A stretch of 64,000 nt of DNA from Dehalococcoidia bacterium (GTDB lineage Bacteria; Chloroflexota; Dehalococcoidia; Plut-88900): NCBI GenBank assembly GCA_965197585.1, contig OZ240215.1:1792001-1856000 (forward strand), written 5' to 3'. Below are positions 1 through 9,045 of this stretch, piece after piece. Each line of letters begins with the position of its first letter. Positions within the stretch are counted from its first letter, which is position 1. The notes beneath the pieces were generated by a model. The model ran no database searches. It saw nothing but the letters and a program-made list of their open reading frames with translations, and was not told where the DNA came from. Position numbers and translations under genes: made by a program.

Positions 1-293
1 TCGCAGGCGCTCAGACTCCGTGACACCTCGTAAGTGAAGTCCACGTGTCCCGGAGTGTCGATCAGGTTCAGCTCGTAGGCATTGCCATCCTCGTATCCGT
101 ACTGGAGCCGCACCGCCTTTGCCTTGATGGTGATCCCCCGCTCCCGCTCCAGGTCCATGTCATCCAGCAGCTGCTCCTTCATATCCCGCGCCGAGATCGT
201 GCCCGTGTACTCCAACATGCGGTCCGCCAACGTAGACTTTCCATGGTCTATGTGGGCGATGATGCAGAAGTTACGAATATATTCCAAGTCCAT
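1..293 (-). CDS. lepA: Elongation factor 4 (LepA), 5' part; truncated by window edge
   Basis: Manual minus-strand translation from ATG at 293: [27 protein letters not shown]...[14 protein letters not shown]...[20 protein letters not shown]. These are LepA G-domain motifs; absent from the ORF track because it is incomplete. Confidence 0.95.
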   Translation of the reverse strand, partial: MDLEYIRNFCIIAHIDHGKSTLADRMLEYTGTISARDMKEQLLDDMDLERERGITIKAKAVRLQYGYEDGNAYELNLIDTPGHVDFTYEVSRSLSAC

Positions 294-302
294 GTATCTA
301 TC

Positions 303-686
303 TTACCTCTGTGCAGACCCGACCGCTTTTAGCCTTACCGCCGGTAGTCTCTTGAAACTCTGGTTGCGCGGGTCCACTTCTATGCCCACCGACTCTAGCG
401 CCGTAACCCCAAGCAGCGGTTCGGCATCCTGGTCACCGAATATAATAGTAGTTCCTGCAAAATCTCCCATGAACTCTATCTGACCAATCGTGACGTCCAT
501 GCGTATTTCACTGCCATCGGCCAGTTCGTAAATCCTCTGCCCCTTGGGTTCCAGACCTATGGACTCCAGGCATTGCCGTGGAACAAGGCAGTCGGTCGCG
601 CCTGTATCTACCAGAAACAAACCCTCCCATGTCCTATCCGGCTCAGCCGGGTTACGAACTACGGCTGTCACGTGCGCTACTCCCAT
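303..686 (-). CDS. Clan AA (retropepsin-like) aspartic protease
   Basis: LVDTGAT catalytic motif and C-terminal PLLGVTALE; 127 aa. Confidence 0.85.
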   Translation of the reverse strand: MGVAHVTAVVRNPAEPDRTWEGLFLVDTGATDCLVPRQCLESIGLEPKGQRIYELADGSEIRMDVTIGQIEFMGDFAGTTIIFGDQDAEPLLGVTALESVGIEVDPRNQSFKRLPAVRLKAVGSAQR

Positions 687-826
687 GTCAGATCAGTTCT
701 CCTCAACCCTTGGATTTTCGATCTCCGTGCTTCTACACTCACAATTCAACTGAATATAGTGACGTGTAAACTCTCCCTTACCTCCGTTATAACACATACG
801 CATTTACTATGAATCCCTGACCCTCC

Positions 827-1624
827 CTACGCCCCTCCCGTCACCTCTATCGTCGCCCCCGACACAAAGCTCGCCCCATCCGAGCACAAAAACCCGATAA
901 CCGACGCTACTTCCTCCGCCCTCCCCACCCTGCCTAGCGGTATCGAGCCCACCATTAGCTCCTTCTCCTCCTCCGAAAGAACCCTGAACCGCTCTGCTAC
1001 CCGTGTCCCTGGCTCTGTCACTATCACACCCGGCATCACTGCATTCACCGTTATCCCCCAGGGACCCAGGTCTTTAGCCAGCTGATTGGTCAGCCCGATG
1101 ATCCCCGCCTTGGCCCCGGCATACGGCAACCTCGCCGCCGACGGCCCTCTCGCCCCAAACGCTCCCTTCGCAGATATCGAAGACAAATTCACTACCCTCC
1201 CGTACCGACGTTCCTTCATCACTGGTGCAGCCGTCCTTGTGCACAGGAACGCGCTCTTCAGGTTTCCGTCCACCACCCTTTCGAAGATTTCATCCGTCAC
1301 ATCTTCTATGTGATCGATCCCGACGTGTCCGCTCCCACCCGCGTTATTCACCAATATATCGAGCCTCCCGAACCGCTCCAGTGTCCGGGCCAACATCTCT
1401 TCCACCTGCTCCGTAGAGGTCACATCCACTTCCATAGTCATTACCCAATCCCCACTTGCGTCCAATTCCGCCATCGACTCCCGCACCTTGTCCCCTTGCA
1501 GATCTACCGCGCACACCCGACACCCACGTCCCAACAGTTCCGCCACCGTAGCCCTCCCGATACCCTGTGCCCCGCCCGTCACGATTGCCACCCTTCCTTC
1601 CATCTCCCTTGGCTTTATTTCCAC
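827..1624 (-). CDS. SDR family oxidoreductase (FabG-like)
   Basis: TGGAQGIG, NNAG, YAGAK motifs. Confidence 0.92.
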   Translation of the reverse strand: MEIKPREMEGRVAIVTGGAQGIGRATVAELLGRGCRVCAVDLQGDKVRESMAELDASGDWVMTMEVDVTSTEQVEEMLARTLERFGRLDILVNNAGGSGHVGIDHIEDVTDEIFERVVDGNLKSAFLCTRTAAPVMKERRYGRVVNLSSISAKGAFGARGPSAARLPYAGAKAGIIGLTNQLAKDLGPWGITVNAVMPGVIVTEPGTRVAERFRVLSEEEKELMVGSIPLGRVGRAEEVASVIGFLCSDGASFVSGATIEVTGGA

Positions 1625-1696
1625 GGTTGTGTCCCCTCTCTATGCGTCCTGTTTCGGCGAGCCAACTATAATGTAACCCTAGCGAAGGGGGTAGCC

Positions 1697-2497
1697 TTGC
1701 GAGTAGATGTACACACCCACGTCTGGCCCGAGACCATAGCCAAGACCGTAGAACGTCACGCCACCAGCGCTCTCCACTTGGATATGCCCTTCGATAACAC
1801 CGTTCCGGGCCTTAAGTCCCACATGAATGATTCAGGCTGCGACAAGTCCGTTGTCATGGGCATCGCCGAACGCCCCGATCAGGTGGAAGGAGTCAACGAC
1901 TGGCTGATCGGCATCCAAGACCGGTCCATCGTATCCTTCGGGGCCATTCACCCCGCTCTCGAAGACAAGCCCGCCGAGATCCGGCGCATCCGCTCCCGAG
2001 GCCTGAAAGGGATCAAGCTCCACCCTATCCTCAACCGCTTCCACCCCGATGACCCCATCATGTTCCCTCTCTACGAGGAAATCGGAGACTCAATGGTCGT
2101 CGCCATTCACTGCGGCTCTATGCCGCACCTGAAGAACGAACGCCCCGACTTTGCCGCCCCACGCCGCATCGCCAATCTTGCCCGTCAATTCCCCAACCTA
2201 AAGATCATCGCTCTCCATCTTGGCGGCTTCTACATGCTCGACGAGGCCGAAGAGCAACTGGTAGGGCTCCCCAATCTCCTCATTGACACCGCTTGGCCCC
2301 CGACCGTAAAAGAGCTCGCCTCTGACACCCTCATGAATATCGTAAACAACCACGGCGCCGATAAAATCTGCTTCGGCACCGACTTCCCATTCGCCTCTCA
2401 GACCTCAGACACCGAACACCTCTCCTCCCTTCCCCTCTCATCCACCCAGCTCGATATGGTCCTCGGCAACAACGCTGCCGAATTTATCGGCCTCTAA
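1697..2497 (+). CDS. Amidohydrolase_2 family metallohydrolase
   Basis: DVHTH, GIKLHP, FGTDFP motifs. Start re-called to TTG at 1697 after a purine-rich RBS; the ORF-track start at 1310 overlaps the SDR gene. Confidence 0.85.
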   Translation: MRVDVHTHVWPETIAKTVERHATSALHLDMPFDNTVPGLKSHMNDSGCDKSVVMGIAERPDQVEGVNDWLIGIQDRSIVSFGAIHPALEDKPAEIRRIRSRGLKGIKLHPILNRFHPDDPIMFPLYEEIGDSMVVAIHCGSMPHLKNERPDFAAPRRIANLARQFPNLKIIALHLGGFYMLDEAEEQLVGLPNLLIDTAWPPTVKELASDTLMNIVNNHGADKICFGTDFPFASQTSDTEHLSSLPLSSTQLDMVLGNNAAEFIGL

Positions 2498-2521
2498 CCA
2501 CAGTCCCTTCTCTGCGAAAGC

Positions 2522-2555
2522 AAGAGGCCCGGCGCCAATTGGCGCCGGGCCTCTT
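2522..2555. terminator. GC-rich perfect palindrome, probable bidirectional terminator
   Basis: AAGAGGCCCGGCGCC-AATT-GGCGCCGGGCCTCTT between convergent genes. Confidence 0.8.
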
Positions 2556-2607
2556 CGAATCTTCTGTTTGTCTTCGTTCCGTCTAGCTTATCCGGTATAC
2601 CGGATTT

Positions 2608-3990
2608 CTAGCTGCCTACGCCCTGCTGGTATTCCAGCCAGAGGTCGGTCCACTCACTGTTCTTTTCACCGCTGTACTGCTCGCTCTCAATGATCGCGTA
2701 CGGCGCATTTGCCGGCGATGTTGGCAGCGCCGGTCGTACCGCGTCGAAGCTCGCATCATCCTGGAAGCCGGCAGCCCTTAGGTTCGTGGGCCCATAGGTG
2801 ATGAACTTGGAAATGTTGGCGTTAATTTCTGGATGCCCTGTCCAGGCTATGAACAGCTGTCCAAGGTCAAACGCCTCGGGGTTGGCGTCTCTCAGGCCTC
2901 TCGCCATCACGAAGGTGCCCGTGCCCACCAGGTGTCCGCACTCCCAGCAGATTGCAAGGGGAGCGTCCTCGACCTGGGCATTGTAGATCCTGCCATTCCA
3001 CGCAGTGCACATGTCGTTGTCGCCGGATATTAGCAGCTGCGGGCAGTCAGATCCCGTGTGCCAGAAGTGGTTGGGAGGGTTGGCTTCCCAGAGCGCCAGC
3101 GCCTCTTGTACGTCCTCATCCGTCGGTGCCCCGAGCCGCGTCCTCCACTCGGTGTTTTCCAGCCTGCTGGAGTCATTGGCTAGTAGAGCCGAGAACCAGC
3201 TGCCTCTGTAGGCATCCCTTACACTTCTCGTTCCAGGGTAGTTCTCTCGGTCGAAGAAAGCGCTCCAGCTGGTGATGCTGCCCTCGTCGTATACATCCGA
3301 GTTGTATGCCAGCACCGTTGACCAGGTGATTCCGCCACCGCCCGCGTACGGGGTGTTAACCGTCTCTAGGTGGTTGCGGTTGTCCACTACGCTTTGGTCC
3401 ATCGCTTCTAGTGCGCCGATCTTGATGTGGTTCCACAGTTCCCGTCCGCCCACGTCCATCACGTGCCACTTGTAGTTGCCCGTGTCCACCATCACCCGGA
3501 TTACTGCGTACTCCATCGGGCTCTCTTCAACGATATCAATCCCGAACTGCTCGCTGAAGGGCACTACGTAAGCCTGCCGTTGGGCAGCCTGGTAGGCGCC
3601 GCCCCAAGACGTGAACACAAAGCTCGCGCCTCGGTACTTCTCAATCTCCGCTTCCAACTCTTCCAGGGTGGCAGGGTTCTCGGGAGTCCACTCAGACCTG
3701 TCCCTCATACCCGTGTCATCCATGGCTTCTGGCGTCGCAGTGGCTTCCGGCATCGCATCATCAGGTTCGTCCGCCATCGCCGTGGGTTCCATCGCGTCAT
3801 CCGGCTCTTCGTCATCCGCCATCGCCGTGGGTTCCGGCATCGCCGTCGGTTCTTCCATTGCTTCCGGCGTCGCGGTGGCGGCTTCGCCACATGCCGCTAG
3901 CACCAATAGTGCTACTAGAAGAATGCCGACAGCAGCGAGTATTCCCCGCTGCTTCGTCAGCCTCTTCCGCCAATACTTTCCGTCTATCAT
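2608..3990 (-). CDS. ABC transporter substrate-binding lipoprotein, PotD/PotF-like (paralog 1)
   Basis: Lipobox LAAC, EPTAM repeat linker, TSWGGAYQ, TAWNGR, ITYGPTN motifs. Confidence 0.85.
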   Translation of the reverse strand: MIDGKYWRKRLTKQRGILAAVGILLVALLVLAACGEAATATPEAMEEPTAMPEPTAMADDEEPDDAMEPTAMADEPDDAMPEATATPEAMDDTGMRDRSEWTPENPATLEELEAEIEKYRGASFVFTSWGGAYQAAQRQAYVVPFSEQFGIDIVEESPMEYAVIRVMVDTGNYKWHVMDVGGRELWNHIKIGALEAMDQSVVDNRNHLETVNTPYAGGGGITWSTVLAYNSDVYDEGSITSWSAFFDRENYPGTRSVRDAYRGSWFSALLANDSSRLENTEWRTRLGAPTDEDVQEALALWEANPPNHFWHTGSDCPQLLISGDNDMCTAWNGRIYNAQVEDAPLAICWECGHLVGTGTFVMARGLRDANPEAFDLGQLFIAWTGHPEINANISKFITYGPTNLRAAGFQDDASFDAVRPALPTSPANAPYAIIESEQYSGEKNSEWTDLWLEYQQGVGS

Positions 3991-4260
3991 AGCTGCTCCT
4001 TGACTATTTCTTTGGGCCCAGTTTTTGCTCAGGCCTGATTTGTGGTTGCAGGCCTATCACATAGTTCCGATCCGATATACGAATAGACTCACCTCCAAAT
4101 TTCAGGCAATGCTCTTGGCTTTCTTGTGGAGAATTGCGGTCACCGTTAAAACGCCGACAGTGTTCCAAGTAAGGATGCAGTAAAAGTATAACGTCGCAGA
4201 TGCTCAAAGACCAACTGCGGCGTTAATCAGGTTACCAAACTTATGTGATTATTGAGGGGC

Positions 4261-4288
4261 ATTATATCTGAGCCAAACCCCTTGTCAA
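4261..4288 (-). promoter_or_regulatory. Sigma70-type promoter for SBP paralog 1
   Basis: Minus strand TTGACA-N16-TATAAT, about 270 bp upstream of the ATG. Confidence 0.75.
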
Positions 4289-4418
4289 GAGCCCCAAATT
4301 CTCCTTGCCTCCGAGCGAATACCGGGCAATCACTGGGAGATCTGCCTATGGCCGTACGCACTCCGTACTGGGTAATGGGCTTACAGCATGCGCGGTTAAA
4401 CGAAGCACCAAGAAAGTC

Positions 4419-4450
4419 AGAGGCCCGGCGCCAAATGGCGCCGGGCCTCT
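4419..4450 (-). terminator. Terminator hairpin downstream of SBP paralog 2 (copy of 2522-2555)
   Basis: AGAGGCCCGGCGCCA-AA-TGGCGCCGGGCCTCT followed by T-rich bases on the minus strand. Confidence 0.75.
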
Positions 4451-4503
4451 TCGATTCTTCCCCTTATCTTAGTTCCGTTTAGCTTATCCGGTAGACCGGC
4501 CTC

Positions 4504-5844
4504 TTAGCTATCTACATTCTGCAGGAATCCTAGCCAGAGCTCGGCCCACTGGTCGTTGTATTCGCCCGAATACCTCTCATTCTCGATTACTCCGTACGAT
4601 ACATTGGCTTCAGACAACGGGAGGGCGGGGCGCACCTCGTCAAATTCCGGCTCACTGAGGTACGGAATTGACCTTAGGTTGAGAGGGCCGTAGGAGATGA
4701 ACTTCGACTGCTGTGCATTGATCTGAGGCTGTCCCGTCCATGCAATGAACAGCTCCCCGTTTTCGAACGCCACCGGGTCCGCTTCATCCAGCCCCTTGGC
4801 CATTACGAAAGCTCCGGTCCCGATCAGGTGTCCACACTCCCAGCAGATGGCAAGGGGCGCGTCTTCCTGCTTCTGTGCATCGTAGATCCTGCCGTTCCAC
4901 GCCGTGCAGATATCCACCTCGCCGCTGATCAGCAGCTGCGGGCAGTCCGATCCTGTGTGCCAGAAGTGGTCGGGAGGATTAGCTTCCCAGTAAGCCAGCG
5001 CTTCCTGCACGTCTTCCTCGTTCGGCGCTCCCAGACGCTTCTTGAGTTCGGTATCATCGTACCAGTCTGGATGCAGCACTGAGAGGGCCACAAACCAGCT
5101 TGCCCTGTAGGCGTCTCTGACGCTCCGGCGGCCGGGGAAGTTCTCCCTGTCGAAGTAGTCCGCCCAGGTTGTGATGCTTCCTTCAGGGTAGCTGTCGGTG
5201 TTGTAGGCCAGCACGGTGGACCAGGTGATTCCGCCGCCACCACCATATGTCGGGCCCCCAACGTTCCTTACCGAGTCCACGTGGTTACTAGTGTCGACCA
5301 CGCTCGGGTCCAACTCTGCCAGGCTGCCAACTTTGATCTCTGCCCACAGTGCCCGTCCACCGACGTCCATGACGTTCCACTTGTAGTTCCCGGTCTCTAC
5401 CATGGCACGGATTATCGGGTACTCCATGGGGCTCTCTTCAACCACGTCGATTCCGAACTGCGCCTCGTAAGGTTCAATGTATGCCTGGCGCTGGGCCGAC
5501 TGGTAGGCGCCGCCCCAGGACGTGAACACAAAGCTCTCGCCTCGGTGCTTCTCAATTTCCGCCTCCAGCTCTTCGAACGTGACGGGCTCCTCCTCAGTCC
5601 ACTCTGACCGCGGTCTCAAGCCCGTTTCCGGCATCGCCGTCGGTTCGTCTGGCATCGCTGTCGGCTCATCCACCATCGCCGTCGGTTCCGGCATCGCGGT
5701 CGGTTCTTCCATCGCTTCCGGCGTAGCTGTAGCTGCCTCGCCACACGCCGCCAGAATCATCAGTGTTACCAGAAGAAGGCTTACAACAGCGATAATCCCC
5801 CGCTGCTTAGTCAGCCTCTTCCCCCTATATTTTCTGTCTATCAT
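4504..5844 (-). CDS. ABC transporter substrate-binding lipoprotein, PotD/PotF-like (paralog 2)
   Basis: Colinear with 2608-3990; same motifs. Confidence 0.85.
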   Translation of the reverse strand: MIDRKYRGKRLTKQRGIIAVVSLLLVTLMILAACGEAATATPEAMEEPTAMPEPTAMVDEPTAMPDEPTAMPETGLRPRSEWTEEEPVTFEELEAEIEKHRGESFVFTSWGGAYQSAQRQAYIEPYEAQFGIDVVEESPMEYPIIRAMVETGNYKWNVMDVGGRALWAEIKVGSLAELDPSVVDTSNHVDSVRNVGGPTYGGGGGITWSTVLAYNTDSYPEGSITTWADYFDRENFPGRRSVRDAYRASWFVALSVLHPDWYDDTELKKRLGAPNEEDVQEALAYWEANPPDHFWHTGSDCPQLLISGEVDICTAWNGRIYDAQKQEDAPLAICWECGHLIGTGAFVMAKGLDEADPVAFENGELFIAWTGQPQINAQQSKFISYGPLNLRSIPYLSEPEFDEVRPALPLSEANVSYGVIENERYSGEYNDQWAELWLGFLQNVDS

Positions 5845-6121
5845 AGCTACTCCTTGCTATTTCCTTGGACTTCTTCCTTGGATAGGCCTGGTCTCGCTTC
5901 ACAGGCCCTCTAGTAGTTTGTGTCCGCTTTGTTTATAGACTCACCTCCAAGAGTCCTGCGAAGCTCGTGGTTCCTTACAACCCAACGCAATTACTGCCTA
6001 AAATGCCGCGGCCCCCAGAGGGTAAATGGGGCTACAACAGATAACGTCGCAGTAATAAAAAGGTTACCTGCGGCGTTAAGGCAGAACGCACTGGGTTATC
6101 CGAGTAATAGCAGAATAGTAG

Positions 6122-6149
6122 GGTATAGCCGAGTCGAGCCCCTTGTCAA
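6122..6149 (-). promoter_or_regulatory. Sigma70-type promoter for SBP paralog 2
   Basis: Minus strand TTGACA-N16-TATACC at the position equivalent to 4261-4288. Confidence 0.65.
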
Positions 6150-6251
6150 GTCGGCACTACGCATTAGGCTTAGATAGCCCTGTGTTTGGCCACAGTCCTC
6201 ACCATATTCTTGCCCGCTTGCAAGGCCAGAGTTTATATTGGCGCCGAAAAT

Positions 6252-7523
6252 ATGACTCCTCCCTTCGAAAACGGTCGACCACCCCAGGCCCTCGGCTCGA
6301 TGAATGTCCTTGACCTCACCCAATACGTCGCCGGGCCTTTTTGCACCAAGCTCCTCGCCGACTATGGCGCCGAAGTCATCAAGGTCGAAAGGCCGGGTCA
6401 GGGAGACCCGGGGCGCAGGCTCGGGCCTTTCCCCAATGACTCCCCACATCCCAACGCCAGCGGCCTGTTCCGACACCTGAACGGCAACAAGCTGGGTGTC
6501 ACTCTGGACTTGAAGCACACGACGGGCGTCAAGATATTCGAGGAGTTAGTCCGGTGGGCCGACGTTGTCGTCGAGAGTTTCAGGCCCGGCGTGATGGCCG
6601 GTTTTGGCCTTCCCTACTCGCGCCTCTCGGAGGTTCACCCGGGCGTGGTTATGACTTCCATCTCCAATTTCGGTCAGACAGGGCCCTACAACCACAACAA
6701 GGCCACCGAGATAATAGAGTACGCCATCGGCGGCCCGATGCTCTTTACTGGCACCTCAGCCAAAGAACCTTTGAAGCTCGGGGGTCGCGTGGGAATGATC
6801 TTCGCTGGTCAAGAGGCTGCAACGGCAACCCTCATGGCCTTCTACAGAAGTATGGGACGTGAATGTGCCGGTGAACACGTCGATGTCTCGATAATGGAGA
6901 CCCAGGCCGGATCCATCGATAGGCAGACCGCGCTGTTGCTCAATTATCAATACACCGGAAACAGGTTCTCCCGACTTGATGCCTCAGAGGCGTACCTGGG
7001 GGGCGTATACCCTGCACATGACGGTAACCTGGACGTTCAGGTCATAGAGAGATTTACCCAGCTCTTAGCTGGCATCGGCCAGCCCGACACCATCACCCCA
7101 TCTGAAGCTGTCGTCTTGACCCAATTTCTCGACAAATGGGAAAACGCAGATGGCAACCCGCTGGAGAGTAAAGAGCTTATCCGTGAGCTCGGTGATATTT
7201 TGGAGGAGTGGGTCCTGGCCCGCCCCGTGGGCCCGGCCTTGGCCCAACTCCAGAGGCATGGTACTTTGTCGGCCCCCTTCTACGATGCCGCAGGTGTGCA
7301 TTCTGACCCTAGTTTCAGACTGCGAGGCCTGTGGACCGCGGTCGAGAGTGCCAACTCGAGCCAAAGCAGATTCCCCGGTCGCCATACCATAATGGAGCGT
7401 ACACCGTGGCAACTACGGAGGCCCGCGCCCGGACTCGGTGAGCATAATGCCCATGTCTATGGCGAGATGCTCGGATACAACCGACGAGACCTGGCGAGGC
7501 TACGGCAGATGGGGACAATCTAG
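6252..7523 (+). CDS. Class III (CaiB/BaiF) CoA-transferase subunit
   Basis: VLDLTQYVAGP, LADYGAEVIKVE, NGNK, VVESFRPG, APGLGEH. Start re-called to ATG at 6252. Confidence 0.9.
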   Translation: MTPPFENGRPPQALGSMNVLDLTQYVAGPFCTKLLADYGAEVIKVERPGQGDPGRRLGPFPNDSPHPNASGLFRHLNGNKLGVTLDLKHTTGVKIFEELVRWADVVVESFRPGVMAGFGLPYSRLSEVHPGVVMTSISNFGQTGPYNHNKATEIIEYAIGGPMLFTGTSAKEPLKLGGRVGMIFAGQEAATATLMAFYRSMGRECAGEHVDVSIMETQAGSIDRQTALLLNYQYTGNRFSRLDASEAYLGGVYPAHDGNLDVQVIERFTQLLAGIGQPDTITPSEAVVLTQFLDKWENADGNPLESKELIRELGDILEEWVLARPVGPALAQLQRHGTLSAPFYDAAGVHSDPSFRLRGLWTAVESANSSQSRFPGRHTIMERTPWQLRRPAPGLGEHNAHVYGEMLGYNRRDLARLRQMGTI

Positions 7524-7528
7524 CAGCC

Positions 7529-8851
7529 ATGACCTCTACCAAGCTTCCTCTTGATGGTGTGCGGATCGTGGACCAGACCCTTGCGTGGGCAGGGCCCTTC
7601 GGCACGCAGCTTCTGGCCGATTGGGGAGCCGAGGTGATTCGGGTCGAGCCTCTCCAATTCATGCAACGCGCAACCCGTGCCCCGAATATCAGGCCCTTCA
7701 AAAGGCCTACCTCCAACTGGGCAAACGATTATCCCGATGGCATACCGGGAGAGCGGCATTGGAACAGACACTTGATGTTCCAGGTCCATGGCCGGAATAA
7801 GCTAAGCATGACTTCCGATCTCCCAGATCCCGACTGCCTGGAGGCATACCTCAAACTCGTCGCCATCTCAGACGTTGTCATGGAGAACAACGTCCCTCAG
7901 ACCTATGCCAAGATCGGGGCCAGCTATGAGATGCTCCGTCAGGCCAGGCCCGACATCATCATGGTTAGGCTGCCCGCCTACGGCCTCCACGGGCCCTACG
8001 CCAAATTCCGAGCAGCTGGGCGTCAAATGGAGTCCATGGCTGGCCACAACTGGATTCGAGGGTACAGGGACGAGTCCCTATCCGATTCAAAGGACTTGAT
8101 ATCCATCAGAGGCACGACCTACCTCGCCGACGCCGTCGGCGGGGCTAGCGTAGCCTTTGCCACCCTCGCGGCCTTGTGCCACCGCAGGGAGACGGGGGAG
8201 GGTCAGTTAGTGGAGGTGGCGACAGCCGAGGCAGTGGTACATTATGTGCCTGAGTCGGTAATAGACTACGAACTAAATGGTCGTATCCAGGGTCCACTGG
8301 GTAACTCCAACCCTTCGAGGGTGCCCCAGGGCTGCTACCGATGCCAAGCCGACGACAACTGGCTGGTCATATCCATCGGAAGCGACGACGAGTGGTTGGG
8401 GTTGGTTCGGGTAATGGGCGACCCACCCTGGGCCCGAGAACGCCGCTTCGCTACTGTACTGGGCAGGTATCGTTTGCAGGAGGAGATTGATGAACACATC
8501 TCGGTCTGGACGCGGGACAAAGACCACGTCGAGCTGATGAACCTGCTGCAGTCCGAAGGTGTGCCCGCTGCCCCTGTCTACGACCAAAGAGAATTATTCG
8601 ACGATCCTCACATGAGGTCTCGAGAATTCTTCCAGGAGCTGCATCAACCATCAACAGGTACCCATCTGTATTCCGGCATGTCATGGAAAATGACTCAGAC
8701 CCCAAATGCCATCAGGCTGCCGGCCCCGATGTTGGGCGAACACAACGAGATGCTCTACAAGGAACTCTTGGGCCTCACCGAGCAGGAATACAAGAAGCTT
8801 GAGGACGCCGGCCACATCGGCAGGGACTACCCGCCCCACCTCTACACCTAA
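7529..8851 (+). CDS. Class III CoA-transferase subunit (catalytic Asp present)
   Basis: AWAGP, LADWGAEVIRVE, RNKLS, YLADAVGG, APMLGEHN. Confidence 0.9.
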   Translation: MTSTKLPLDGVRIVDQTLAWAGPFGTQLLADWGAEVIRVEPLQFMQRATRAPNIRPFKRPTSNWANDYPDGIPGERHWNRHLMFQVHGRNKLSMTSDLPDPDCLEAYLKLVAISDVVMENNVPQTYAKIGASYEMLRQARPDIIMVRLPAYGLHGPYAKFRAAGRQMESMAGHNWIRGYRDESLSDSKDLISIRGTTYLADAVGGASVAFATLAALCHRRETGEGQLVEVATAEAVVHYVPESVIDYELNGRIQGPLGNSNPSRVPQGCYRCQADDNWLVISIGSDDEWLGLVRVMGDPPWARERRFATVLGRYRLQEEIDEHISVWTRDKDHVELMNLLQSEGVPAAPVYDQRELFDDPHMRSREFFQELHQPSTGTHLYSGMSWKMTQTPNAIRLPAPMLGEHNEMLYKELLGLTEQEYKKLEDAGHIGRDYPPHLYT

Positions 8852-9045
8852 CCCTGCCACCCTTTCTCATTCCCCCGCTCACCCTATCACGGATGGAGCA
8901 TCCGCCTGTGGAGGATCCGCCGAGGCGGATGCGGAGTCGATGGGTCTAACGTGGGGAGACGTAGCGCACATGTCAACGGCAAAGAGAACTTGCCGCCAAA
9001 GATTTTAGCCCTGCCGCGAGCATATCTCCCGATAAAGTGAATGTG

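Noticed and set aside
45-332. Plus-strand 95-aa ORF
   Set aside because: Antisense shadow of lepA.
1310-1696. N-terminal extension of the amidohydrolase in the ORF track
   Set aside because: It overlaps the divergent SDR gene, and the family motif begins at 1697.
4004-4207. 67-aa leader peptide upstream of SBP paralog 1
   Set aside because: The equivalent frame in paralog 2 stops early and there is no RBS at its start; only the nucleotide motifs are conserved.
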